A model generated the notes under the pieces. It had not been told where the DNA came from. It saw nothing but the letters and a program-made list of their open reading frames with translations, and ran no database searches. Shown in pieces: positions 45,410 to 57,600 of a stretch of DNA of 64,000 bases. The position numbers and the translations under genes were made by a program. Each line of letters begins with the position of its first letter. The first letter of the stretch is position 1. The DNA comes from Flavobacteriales bacterium. GTDB lineage: Bacteria > Bacteroidota > Bacteroidia > Flavobacteriales_F > PHOS-HE28. Location of the stretch: the NCBI GenBank assembly GCA_016788205.1, contig JAEUTA010000021.1, forward strand, positions 64,205 through 128,204, written 5' to 3'.

Positions 45410-46138
45410 TTAGACCTTCCTCCGCAGCTCGAAGTTCTTCCCCAGGTACACACGCCGCACGGTCTCATCGGCAGCGAGTTCTTCGGCAGTGCCTTGCTTG
45501 AGGATCTTACCCTCGAAGAGCAGGTAAGCCCGATCGGTGATGCTCAACGTCTCTTGCACGTTGTGGTCCGTGATCAGGATGCCGATGTTCTTGTCCTTCA
45601 ACTTGGCCACGATGCTCTGGATATCCTCCACGGCGATCGGATCCACACCGGCGAAGGGTTCGTCGAGCAGGATGAAGCGCGGTTCGGTGGCTAACGCGCG
45701 TGCGATCTCGGTACGACGACGTTCACCACCGCTGAGCACATCGCCCATGTTGGTGCGCACGTGCTGCAAGCTGAATTCGTTCAGGAGCTCTTCCAGCTTC
45801 GCGGCTTGTTCGGCCTTGCTCTTGCCGCTCACTTCGAGGATCGCCTTGATGTTGTCCTCCACGCTGAGCTTGCGGAACACACTGGCTTCCTGCGGCAGGT
45901 AGCCGATGCCCTTCTGAGCGCGCTTGTACATGGCGAGGTCGGTGATCTCGTCCTCGTCCAGGAAGATCTTGCCTTCGTTCGGCTTGATCAACCCGACGAT
46001 CATGTAGAAGCTGGTGGTCTTGCCCGCACCGTTGGGACCGAGCAGCCCCACGATCTCGCCCTGGCTCACCTGCACGCTCACCCCGTTCACCACCGTGCGG
46101 CGCTTGTAGCGTTTGAAGATGTTCTCGGCGCGCAGCAT
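45410..46138 (-). CDS. lptB: LPS export ABC transporter ATP-binding protein.
   Basis: Walker [13 protein letters not shown] signature LSGGERRR, Walker [12 protein letters not shown], 242 aa. Confidence 0.85.
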   Translation of the reverse strand: MLRAENIFKRYKRRTVVNGVSVQVSQGEIVGLLGPNGAGKTTSFYMIVGLIKPNEGKIFLDEDEITDLAMYKRAQKGIGYLPQEASVFRKLSVEDNIKAILEVSGKSKAEQAAKLEELLNEFSLQHVRTNMGDVLSGGERRRTEIARALATEPRFILLDEPFAGVDPIAVEDIQSIVAKLKDKNIGILITDHNVQETLSITDRAYLLFEGKILKQGTAEELAADETVRRVYLGKNFELRRKV

Positions 46139-46144
46139 CCGTGA

Positions 46145-48643
46145 TCAGAAGTTGATGTAGAGCTTGGCGCGCAACGCCCAGGGCGCGGTCCGCGGATGAT
46201 CGTTGTAGCGCAGGCGCCAGATGATATCGAAGCGCAGCACTTTGAGGATGTTCTCGATGCCTGCGCTCGCTTCCATGAACGGACCGTTGTAGAGCGAGTA
46301 CATGCCGGGGAGCAACAACAGTTCGCTGTAATGCTTGCTGCTCAGATCGCCTGCGACCGCCTTGAACGTGGCCACCTCCCGCCACTTCAACCGGCGCATC
46401 AAGGGGATGCGGTTCAGGAAGAGCCCTTCGAAGTGATGTTCCCCGAAGAACTGCACGTATCGATCGCTGATGAACTCGAAGAAGTTCATGGTGTTGAATG
46501 AAGCGTCGTCGAGGTAGAACGTCTCGTTGCCGCTATGGATCGCCAGCAAGGGATACGGCAAGGTCCCGAAGATGCGGCCGGCTTCCACCGTGGTGCGCGA
46601 CCAGCCGAGTGCGCCCAACTGCCAACGCTTGTAGCTACGCGCCACGACCTTGGTGTATTCGTAGTCGCTGTTGAGCGCACCGGGGACACCATAGGCCAGG
46701 TGCAGCTCCAGCGTAGGATATTTCAGGATACCGACAGCGATGCGATCGAACTCGCCGCTCACGTACTTCTCACCGTATGCGAAGCGCGTGTTGAGGCTCA
46801 CCTCCGCCGTGCGGATGCTGCCCACGTTGGTGAGTTGTGGTAGTGGTTCGAACTTCAGCCGTTCGTAGCGCAACGCTCCGAGCGGTTGCAGGGTACGGTA
46901 GCGCACCATCACCTCGTTGGTGAAGCCGTGGAACCACTCGCGTTCGAGGCTCGCCTTCCACTCCTCCACGTCCGTGAGCTTGGTGTTCGGATTCCGGCGG
47001 AACACACTACCCAGCACGTTGTCGTTGCGGAAAGCGTTCACGCTCTGGCCCAGCTGCTCGATGTCGTGCTTGTACGAGGCCTTGTAGAGGATGCGTGGTT
47101 CCTTGCTGATGAACCCGCGCGTGGCCAGTCCGAACTTGAAGCGTTCATCGAGCAGCCCGTAGGCGGTGTACCCTTCGAACTCCACCCATGTGCTGAAGTT
47201 GTTGCTCGTGCGGCCGCCAGCACGGAAGCGCATACCCTCAACGGGATTGTAACTGATGGTGGTGAAATACGGACCCAGTTCCACCTTGCCTTTTTCGTAG
47301 TAGCCGGTGACGACGGTGCTTACGATGTCCACGTACGTGCGGAAGCGCGGGATCGTCTTCATCGTATCCACCATGTGGTAGATCGCGTTCTCCTTCGCGG
47401 TGAGCGGCACGTGGCGGTTCTGGTCCCAGTAGTCGGCGCCGAGGCTGAGCGGATCCAACTCGATCACCACATCGTCAACGCCTTCATAGAACTCCGGAGG
47501 CTTCACTTCATTGATCACGAAATCCTTGTAGGTGGCGGTGCGGCGGCCGTAGAAACCCTGCACGGCGTTCTTGTTCTTCTCGCCGGTATCACGGATCACG
47601 TTCAGGTCCACGACCAACTCGTCACGCGTGAGCATCCACACCTCGTTCTGCACCTGGTCGTACTGCTGCTTCACCCAGAACCCTTGCACGAAGTTGAGGT
47701 TGGCGCCGGAGGCGATACCGGCCTCGATGCGATGCACGGCGTAGGTGGTATCGCTGACCCACATCTCGCCATTGAAGGCCAGCTCCTGTGGACGCTTGGG
47801 CGAGAACTTCAACTTGTAGCACCAGTACTTGCCCACGAAGGCGCTATCGGTCAGGTAGTAGTCGTAGTAACCACGACCACCATCCGCGATGGGGCTGATG
47901 AAGTTCTTCCCGAAGATGACCAGGAAGTTGTCGTAGATGTTCACGTTCTGGTACATGTCGCCCATGAACTGCGACACGCTCTCGTTCTCGATCCCGCTCA
48001 CCTTGGTGCCTCGGATGAACTCGCGCTGCTTCTTCGGGCTCTGCCGGTAGTACACCTCACTGAGGCTCTCCGTCATGAAGATCGGCAGGTACGGTTTCGC
48101 GTCGGTGCTGTCGATGTTGTCGAAGATGAACGCGAAGGGCTTGAAGAGCTTCTTCTCGGTGAACTCTTTGGTGATGTTGTTCAGGTCGAACTCGATCTTG
48201 TTGTAGGCGTCGTACTGATAAGCGGAGAGCTTTTCGCGGTTATTCACCGGTTTGTTGCGGATCACGCGCCGCAGGATGCCGAAGGCGGGATTCTCCTCCG
48301 AAGGTTTGATCACCACCTCGGCCAGTTCGAAACTGTTCGGTTGCAGCACGATGTCGATCACCTGTACCTTGTCCTTCTTCACGGCGAAGCTGCGCGCGAC
48401 GTAACCCACCGAGGTGGCGCGGATGCTATCCGTTGCGTAGTACGTATCGATCACGTAGTTGCCGTCCAGATCGCTGCTCGCACCGATGCGGCTATCAACG
48501 AACGCGATGCTGGCGAACGGGATGGTCTCGCCGGTCTTGCCATCGGTCACCCGCCCACTCACCTTGGTGGTCTGCGCGGAAGTAACGATGGCCAGGGCCA
48601 TGCACCACAACGAGAGGGACGTCCTCACCAGGCCCTTCATCAT
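46145..48643 (-). CDS. DUF5686 family protein with an N-terminal carboxypeptidase-like regulatory domain.
   Basis: 832 aa, signal peptide, a CarbopepD_reg-like N-terminus (KVSGRVTDGKTGETIPFASIAFVDSRIGASSDLDGNYVI), and a beta-rich C-terminus ending ...AKLYINF. Confidence 0.55.
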   Translation of the reverse strand: MMKGLVRTSLSLWCMALAIVTSAQTTKVSGRVTDGKTGETIPFASIAFVDSRIGASSDLDGNYVIDTYYATDSIRATSVGYVARSFAVKKDKVQVIDIVLQPNSFELAEVVIKPSEENPAFGILRRVIRNKPVNNREKLSAYQYDAYNKIEFDLNNITKEFTEKKLFKPFAFIFDNIDSTDAKPYLPIFMTESLSEVYYRQSPKKQREFIRGTKVSGIENESVSQFMGDMYQNVNIYDNFLVIFGKNFISPIADGGRGYYDYYLTDSAFVGKYWCYKLKFSPKRPQELAFNGEMWVSDTTYAVHRIEAGIASGANLNFVQGFWVKQQYDQVQNEVWMLTRDELVVDLNVIRDTGEKNKNAVQGFYGRRTATYKDFVINEVKPPEFYEGVDDVVIELDPLSLGADYWDQNRHVPLTAKENAIYHMVDTMKTIPRFRTYVDIVSTVVTGYYEKGKVELGPYFTTISYNPVEGMRFRAGGRTSNNFSTWVEFEGYTAYGLLDERFKFGLATRGFISKEPRILYKASYKHDIEQLGQSVNAFRNDNVLGSVFRRNPNTKLTDVEEWKASLEREWFHGFTNEVMVRYRTLQPLGALRYERLKFEPLPQLTNVGSIRTAEVSLNTRFAYGEKYVSGEFDRIAVGILKYPTLELHLAYGVPGALNSDYEYTKVVARSYKRWQLGALGWSRTTVEAGRIFGTLPYPLLAIHSGNETFYLDDASFNTMNFFEFISDRYVQFFGEHHFEGLFLNRIPLMRRLKWREVATFKAVAGDLSSKHYSELLLLPGMYSLYNGPFMEASAGIENILKVLRFDIIWRLRYNDHPRTAPWALRAKLYINF

Positions 48644-49464
48644 GCGGTGGTATGGGCTTGAACGGCTTTGGTGACGGTGTTCGCACGTTCCATGCGTTTC
48701 AACGTGCGTGCCGCGATCAGGATGCCGAACTCGTAGAGCGCCATCAGCGGAACGGAGACGATAAGCTGGCTCACCACATCCGGGGGTGTGAGGATGGCGG
48801 CCAGGATGAGGATCACCACGAAGGCGTGTTTGCGGTACGTACGCAGGAACGCCGGGGTGACCATACCGGCCCGGGTGAGGAAGAGGATCACCAACGGAAG
48901 TTCGAAGATCACACCGGTCCAGAGCGTGACGGACGTTACCATGGCGATGTAACTGTCCAGCGCCACGGTATTCTCCACCGTTGCACTTACTTGGTAGCTT
49001 CCGAAGAACTGGATGCTGAGCGGCGCGAGCAGGAAATACCCGAAGCCCACGCCCAGCAGGAACAGGATGGTGGCGAAGAACACGAGCCCGCCCACCGACC
49101 CCTTCTCATTAGCGTGCAGTCCGGGGGCGATGAACCGCCAAACCTCCCAGAGCACGTAAGGGAAAGCGATGATGAGCCCACCGACGAAGGAGACCATGAG
49201 GTGCGTGAAGAACTGCCCGCTCATGCTGATGTTCTGCAAGGTGAAGACCATGTCGCTCACGCACATGACATCGCCCATGCCCAGGCGGTGTCCCGTCCAG
49301 CACAGGCCCCGGTAGGTGATGAAACTGGCGTCCTTGGGCGCCAGCACCACTTGATCGAACACGAAATCCTTGGCGATGAAACAACCCACCATGCCCAGAA
49401 CGATGGCGATGGACGATCGCACGAGCGTCCACCGGAGCTCCTCGAGGTGCTCCAGGAAGGTCAT
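48640..49464 (-). CDS. tatC: Twin-arginine translocase subunit TatC.
   Basis: FLEHLEELRWTLVRS...; six TM segments. The start was trimmed to Met 49464. Confidence 0.8.
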   Translation of the reverse strand: MTFLEHLEELRWTLVRSSIAIVLGMVGCFIAKDFVFDQVVLAPKDASFITYRGLCWTGHRLGMGDVMCVSDMVFTLQNISMSGQFFTHLMVSFVGGLIIAFPYVLWEVWRFIAPGLHANEKGSVGGLVFFATILFLLGVGFGYFLLAPLSIQFFGSYQVSATVENTVALDSYIAMVTSVTLWTGVIFELPLVILFLTRAGMVTPAFLRTYRKHAFVVILILAAILTPPDVVSQLIVSVPLMALYEFGILIAARTLKRMERANTVTKAVQAHTTA

Positions 49465-49680
49465 TTCCGGACTATTACGGGATGTGGCCAAAGGTTGGAG
49501 CCGCGTGCGCCAAAGATAGCCGGGAGGCGATGCGCGGCTGGGCCGTCCAGCCTCAGTTTTCAACTTACTTGACCGGTCAGCGAAATGGGAAAGCCATGTT
49601 GTTAAGTTGATCCAAACGTGCTAGCCCGGAACGATCGCTAGCCGTACATTTAAGCCTCTCTTAACAACCCGCAGCGGTCA

Positions 49681-51888
<2,208 letters not shown>

Positions 51889-51913
51889 TCAAAACCCCGA
51901 AAAGCACGAGCGC

Positions 51914-52078
51914 ATGGGACGTCTGGTAATGGTCCTCGGGATGCTGGCCCTTTTCGTTGGATGGGCGCTCTACCGCCTCTTGGTGAAACGAGACCTGATG
52001 CAGCACCGGGGCACCGTGGCCGTCGGCGGCCTCTTCATCGGCGTTTGGGGGCTGTTGTACGGGTGGCTCTGGTCCTAA
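51914..52078 (+). CDS. Hypothetical small membrane protein of 54 aa.
   Basis: MGRLVMVLGMLALFVGWALYRLL...GGLFIGVWGLLYGWLWS, two predicted TM helices. Below the ORF-track size cutoff. Confidence 0.35.
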   Translation: MGRLVMVLGMLALFVGWALYRLLVKRDLMQHRGTVAVGGLFIGVWGLLYGWLWS

Positions 52079-52091
52079 CGTATTTTATGGC

Positions 52092-52427
52092 ATGAGCCCC
52101 AACGACCTCACCCTCGTCGCCAAACATGTGATGAAGCTGCTGGTGGAACGGCGCTTCGAAGAGTTGGAGGAAGCCACGAACGGCACCCGCCTGAGCGCCG
52201 ATGACATGGAAGGCGCTGTGGATGATGTGGGCAGTGCCCTGGTGATGCCACCGGAGAACGTGTGGCGGGATCTTGATGTGATCGCGATAAGGAATTGGCC
52301 GGGAGCCTTCAACCTTCGGTTCGACCTATGGACGCGTACCGGAAGAAGCGATTGGTCGGTAGAGCTTACCGTACATTCAAAAGCAGGAAAGCCGGTGATC
52401 GAGTTGGATGACATCCATCCTCTTTAG
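52092..52427 (+). CDS. Hypothetical protein of 111 aa.
   Basis: ORF with plausible coding statistics. No recognisable motif. Confidence 0.35.
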   Translation: MSPNDLTLVAKHVMKLLVERRFEELEEATNGTRLSADDMEGAVDDVGSALVMPPENVWRDLDVIAIRNWPGAFNLRFDLWTRTGRSDWSVELTVHSKAGKPVIELDDIHPL

Positions 52428-52478
52428 CTCTCGGCCCTCTCGAATAGCGATAGCGGGTCTGGGCCGGACAATTTCAAT

Positions 52479-52778
52479 TCACCCACGCATGCGTGATGGC
52501 CTCTGTCGGGAATCGAAGATCTCCGGGATGAAGACCGTACTGCCCTCGATCCGGTAAATGATCTTGAGCGGACCCACGATAACGCGACGGTGACCCATCT
52601 TAAGATGCTCCAACCAGGGCTCGAGCTGTCCTCCTTTCGGGTATTTCGCGATCAAGCGGATGGCCTCCAGCACGTCCCGCTCCACACGAAGCGCAACAAC
52701 AGGTCCGAAACGATCGAGCACATGTCCAAGAGCCAAGTCCAGATCGAACCAGGCCTTTTCCGCCACAACGACCTTCAT
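52479..52778 (-). CDS. Type II toxin-antitoxin system RelE/ParE-family toxin.
   Basis: 99 aa with a RelE/ParE-like pattern (..RVIVGPLKIIYRIEGSTVFIPEIFDSRQ). It sits immediately downstream of a small antitoxin-like gene. Confidence 0.65.
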   Translation of the reverse strand: MKVVVAEKAWFDLDLALGHVLDRFGPVVALRVERDVLEAIRLIAKYPKGGQLEPWLEHLKMGHRRVIVGPLKIIYRIEGSTVFIPEIFDSRQRPSRMRG

Positions 52779-52784
52779 TCCGTA

Positions 52785-53033
52785 CTACCTAGGCTGATGT
52801 CCGATCCTGCTCTGCAATGAACTCTTGATCCGCTTCTCGAATGCGGACAAGCTCATGGATCGCCCTGTGGCGATATCCTTCTCTCCTTCCAGCACGGCTC
52901 GCTCCAAGCGGGTCTTCAAACCACGACCACTTCCGGGCGCCTCCAAGAGTTCATGGACCGCCCTCAGAACTGTGGCATCGCTGCGTTGCTCAAGCAATTC
53001 AACGATCCTCTTCTTTAAGGCCTCTTTCGTCAT
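52785..53033 (-). CDS. Putative addiction-module antitoxin (TIGR02574-like small component).
   Basis: 82 aa, N-terminal MTKEALKKRIVELLEQ...LLEAP, resembling the putative addiction-module component family that pairs with ParE/RelE toxins. There is a 6-nt gap to the toxin. Confidence 0.5.
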   Translation of the reverse strand: MTKEALKKRIVELLEQRSDATVLRAVHELLEAPGSGRGLKTRLERAVLEGEKDIATGRSMSLSAFEKRIKSSLQSRIGHQPR

Positions 53034-53050
53034 GACTCAAAGCTAACGCT

Positions 53051-54259
53051 TCACAGAAGCTCCGAGATCGCACCCCACGACATCATCCCCGCCCCTATCG
53101 CTAGCGCGTCCTCATCCACATCCATCTCGGCGCGGTGAAGCCCGCTCTGCGTGCCCGGCTTTGATGGGTTGCCGGTCCCAAGCCGGAAGAAACACCCGGG
53201 CATCACATGCGTGTAATAGGCGAAATCCTCGGCGCCCATGCGGATGTCCATGTCCACGATGTTCGCTTCGCCGATGAACTCCACCGCTGCGGCACGGATG
53301 CGCGCGTTGAGCTCGGGGTCGTTCTTCACAACGGGTGAGCCCTTCACGATGGTGAAGTCCACACTGGCCCCGGAAGCTTCGCAGATACCACGACCGAGTT
53401 CGGGAAGCATGCGGTGCAGTTCCGTACGCCACGTTTCATCGAAGGTGCGCATGGTGCCTTCGATGCGTACTTCATCCGGGATGATGTTGGTGGCACCGTT
53501 GGCGATCACCTTGCCCAGGGACAATACCATGGGCTGGCCCGGCTTGTTGCGACGGCTTACGACCTGTTGCAACGCAAGGATCAATTGGGCCGCGATGGGA
53601 ACCGGATCGATGCACAGGTGCGGTGAACCCGCATGACCACCGCGCCCTTTAACGGTGATGTAGAGTTCATCCGCTGCGGCCATGAAGGCACCGGAACGGA
53701 AGCCGAGCTTGCCGGTCGGAAGTTCCGGGGTGACGTGCTGGCCGAGGATGCCAGCAGGCTTCGGATCATTGAACACGCCCTCCTTCACCAACAGGGATGC
53801 GCCTCCAGGCTCCTTCTCTTCCCCGGGTTGGAACACGAGCATCACCGTGCCGCTCCATTCCTTGCGAAGGCGATGCAGCGCGATGCCCGCGCCAAGCACC
53901 ATGGACGTATGGGCATCGTGACCACAGGCGTGCATGACGCCGGGATTCTGCGAGCAGTACATCTCCTTGCCCACCTCGGTGATCGGCAATGCGTCCAGGT
54001 CGGCACGGATGGCGATGCAAGCATCGTTCGTTCCCTGCTCACCGCGAACGAGGGCGATGGCGCCTGTACCCGGCGCATCCGGAGAAAGCTTACCCACCCC
54101 GTCGCGCACCTCGATGCCTTCGGCGCGCAGTTTCTCCACCACGAAGCGGACCGTGTCGGTCTCGTGGAAGGAAAGCTCGGGATGTTGATGCAGGTGGCGG
54201 CGCCAACCGATCATGTCGGCCTGCAAAGCGGCGATGGTGGACTTGATACGCGCGATCAC
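53051..54259 (-). CDS. M20-family amidohydrolase (N-acyl-L-amino-acid amidohydrolase/hippuricase-like).
   Basis: HQHPELSFHE, metal ligands MHACGHDAHTSM, 402 aa. Confidence 0.8.
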   Translation of the reverse strand: MIARIKSTIAALQADMIGWRRHLHQHPELSFHETDTVRFVVEKLRAEGIEVRDGVGKLSPDAPGTGAIALVRGEQGTNDACIAIRADLDALPITEVGKEMYCSQNPGVMHACGHDAHTSMVLGAGIALHRLRKEWSGTVMLVFQPGEEKEPGGASLLVKEGVFNDPKPAGILGQHVTPELPTGKLGFRSGAFMAAADELYITVKGRGGHAGSPHLCIDPVPIAAQLILALQQVVSRRNKPGQPMVLSLGKVIANGATNIIPDEVRIEGTMRTFDETWRTELHRMLPELGRGICEASGASVDFTIVKGSPVVKNDPELNARIRAAAVEFIGEANIVDMDIRMGAEDFAYYTHVMPGCFFRLGTGNPSKPGTQSGLHRAEMDVDEDALAIGAGMMSWGAISELL

Positions 54260-54630
54260 TTCCCAAAGATGAGTTTGAGCGCCACGAGCAGGGTGATGCC
54301 ACCGAAGATCTTACGCACCGTTTCCATGGGCAACGCCAGCGACCACTTGCTACCGAAGTAGGAACCCAGCACGAAGGCCGCAGCGATCACCACCACCACC
54401 TTGGGGTCTATGACACCGGCCTTGTAGTAGTTGCGCACCGCGAGGAAGACCACCGGCAGCATCAGTACGGCGAGGCTCGTGCCCTGTGCCTGGTGTTGCG
54501 TGTAGCCCAACAACCAGACGAGTGCCGGCACCATGATGATGCCACCGCCCACCCCCACGAAACCGCTCAGGATGCCGGCCATCAACCCCACCAGCAAGAG
54601 CAGAAGCACGGAGTTGGTATCGAGCGACAT
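54256..54630 (-). CDS. Sulfite exporter TauE/SafE-family protein, half-size (4-TM unit).
   Basis: 124 aa: LLVGLMAGILSGFVGVGGGIIMVPALVWLL. The ends overlap both neighbouring genes by 1-4 nt. Confidence 0.5.
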   Translation of the reverse strand: MSLDTNSVLLLLLVGLMAGILSGFVGVGGGIIMVPALVWLLGYTQHQAQGTSLAVLMLPVVFLAVRNYYKAGVIDPKVVVVIAAAFVLGSYFGSKWSLALPMETVRKIFGGITLLVALKLIFGK

Positions 54631-57600
54631 CAGATGTCCAGGCTAAGCGAGAAGTGGAACACGCGCGGCTGCACCACCCCATCATCGACTCCCCACGCCC
54701 AGTCCGCGCGCACGAAGTAGCCCAACAGGCGCGTGCGCAGACCGAAGCCGTACGCGGCCACGATGGGCTCGCGCTTGTTCACCAACGTGATGGTCAACGG
54801 GTTTCGGCGGATGACCACCCGGTTGAAGGTGTTGTCCTCGGAATAGGGATCGCTACCGGTCCAGGCGGCTCCCACATCGGTGAAGCCCACGACCTGGAAA
54901 TTGTGGATCACGTCCGAGCGGATGGGCCTGTTGACCAGGTAACGGAAGATGGGCACGCGCACTTCGGTATTGAAAACACCGAAGCTGGAGCCGTTGCGTG
55001 CGTTGTAGAAGAAGCCGCGCATGGGCACGGACATGGACTGGTAGAAGTAGTTCTGCGTGAAGTCGATGGGGATGGAGTTGTCCACCTTGGCGAAGAGCCA
55101 GTTGTCCACGCCACCGAGGAAGTAGGCCACCTTGCGGCTGCCGAACGAGCTGCTTCCGGCCAGGCGCGTCACCCAGATCATCTCGCGATGGATGCGCAGG
55201 GAGTGGCGCAGGTCCATGCCCAGCACCTGCATGTCGCTCTTGTCCTCTGGTTGCTGGTAGTATTCCCCGAAGAACTTCAGCTTCCAGCCGGTCCACAGGT
55301 TGAGGCCGCGCGGCATGGAGCTGTCGTAGATGTACTCCAGTTTACCGCCCGCCATGTGGTCGAACGAATTGGCGGCGCGCAGGCTGAGCGGGTCGATGCT
55401 CTGCAACACGTAACGATCGTTGCGGTACATGACCGAGGCACGCACACTGGCGAGTTCGCTGAAGGGCCAGCTCACCTGGTACCGCACGTTGTGCGTGTGC
55501 ACCTTCACCACGCCGAAGTCGCTCAAGCCTTGGTAAGCCTGCCGTTGGAAGGAGATGCGCTTGTCCAGGCGACGCTTCAGGTTCTCGTAAGCGAGCAGGT
55601 AGTCGTTGTTGTTCAGGTCCAGCGCCAGACGGAAGCCCCCGACGATCTTGTGGTCCTCGAAGAGATCGCTCACGCCCATACGGGTCAATCCGCTAAGGCC
55701 GGGGTTGAGCGCACCGGGCCCGGTGAAGGGTTGATAGAACTGGTTGGAGAAACTGTTGTCCACCTGCGTCACCACCCCATCGATGGCGAAGTTGAGGTTG
55801 TAGTTGCGCTGGTCCGGATAGGCGAACGGTTTCGCCTTCGTGGTGTCCGCGGTGGTCTTCACGGCCACAGGCGTCGTTCTGCCCGGCGAAGCGTTCTGGC
55901 CTGGTCCGGTGCCCGGGCTGGCTTCATCCAGGAAAACATAGTTGCGCACGTCGATGGCCTTCTCGCCCTTCGGCCTGGGGAACTGCGGGTCCACCTTCAC
56001 CACAGGGCTCATGTCGTTGGAGAGCGCCGTGGGGTTGGCGGCGTCGCGCGTGGTGGGGTCTGCCCCTTGCGCGCCGCCAGCGGCGGCCACACGTTCTTCT
56101 GCGGTGCGGCCGGTGTAGAAGTGGTAGCGACCATCGCGCATCTGCAACTGCGCGTATCGCCCGTACTTGGCATTGATGTCCTGCTCCACGATCGATCGGC
56201 GCAGGTCCGTCTTGCGCTCTTCCACGGTGAAGTAGCGGTAGTGGATGGTGGTGTCGATGAAGCTCACCGTACTGTCGTACCGCACCAGGAACCGGTTGCG
56301 TATGCCATCCCCATCGCTCAGGAAAACGTAGTTCGCACTATCGAACTGGGCGGGTTGGGTCTCGTTCGCCTCCGGGGTGTTCGTCAGCCGCGTCAACAGG
56401 CGGGAGCGGCCCTCGAGGTCCAGGAGGAAGATGTCCTTCGTGCCGTTCACCAAGGCCACATCGGCATTGGTGCGCAGGGTGTCATCGGGCCTGTCGCTGC
56501 TGAAGATGATGCGCTTGCCGTCGTCCACGAAGCGCGGCTCCAGGTCATCGAACTGGTCATCGGTCAACTGTTCCTGGCGGTTGCCGATAACGTGGTAGTA
56601 GTAGAGGTCGGTGCGGCCATCGCGCACGGCGCTGAAGATCATGTTGCGGCCATCGTCGCTGTACGCCATGCTCAGGATCTTCTTCAGCATGAGCACGGGT
56701 TTCTCCACGGTCTTCCGGTCGTCCAATGTGTACGTCCGCAGGAACAGCTCGCCCTTGCGTTCCACGGCATAGCTCAGTGCCTGGCCGCTCGGGTGCCAGG
56801 CCAGCACGGGAAAGCTCCGGTCGATGATGCGGTCCAGCTTCTTCTCCCCCTTCACGATGCGGCGCAGCTTCTTCGTGCCCGGCTCGTAGATCCACACCTT
56901 GTACTGGCCCAGTTCATTGCTCACCCAGGCCAGGTAGCGGCCGTTGGGACTTTGTTTGAATTCGCTGTACGTGCGGGTCTTCTTCGTCCGGATGGGCAAT
57001 GCCTCCAACGGGATGTCCTTGCGGAAACGGTCCTCCTCACCGAAACGCGCTTTGTTGTAGTCCACGCATTCCTTCGTGAGGGTCTTGAGGGAAACGCCGA
57101 GCACGAAGAGGAAGCCGCTTTCGGGATTACGGCTCACACGCGTCATGTACAGGATGTTGGGGATCACACCGGGACCGTAGACATCGGCCACGTACTTCCA
57201 GATCATGTGGCCCGCGTACTTCGCATCCTCCCCCTCCAGGCGGTTGAACTTATCGAACCGCCCGCTCATCACGCGGTCGCGGATGCGGTTGTTGAGCGTG
57301 GCGTCCCAGGGTTGGGAGAAGTAGGACATCACCCCGTCCGTGTACCACGGGGGCAGGCTCATGAACGTGGAGCTCTTGAGCATGTCGCGCCAGTTACCGC
57401 CGAACATCATCTGATCGATGATGACGTGCGCGATGCCCGAACGGATCTGCCGGTCCAGCAGGGCATGGTCGCCTTCGAAGTACACGAAGATCTTGGTGCC
57501 TACGATGCGCGTGAGGCCGCCGATGTTCTGCTGCCCGTCCACGCCGGCGATGCCGATGTTGCTCTGGCGGAAATCCGTGAGGGAGTTGTAGACGATGAAC

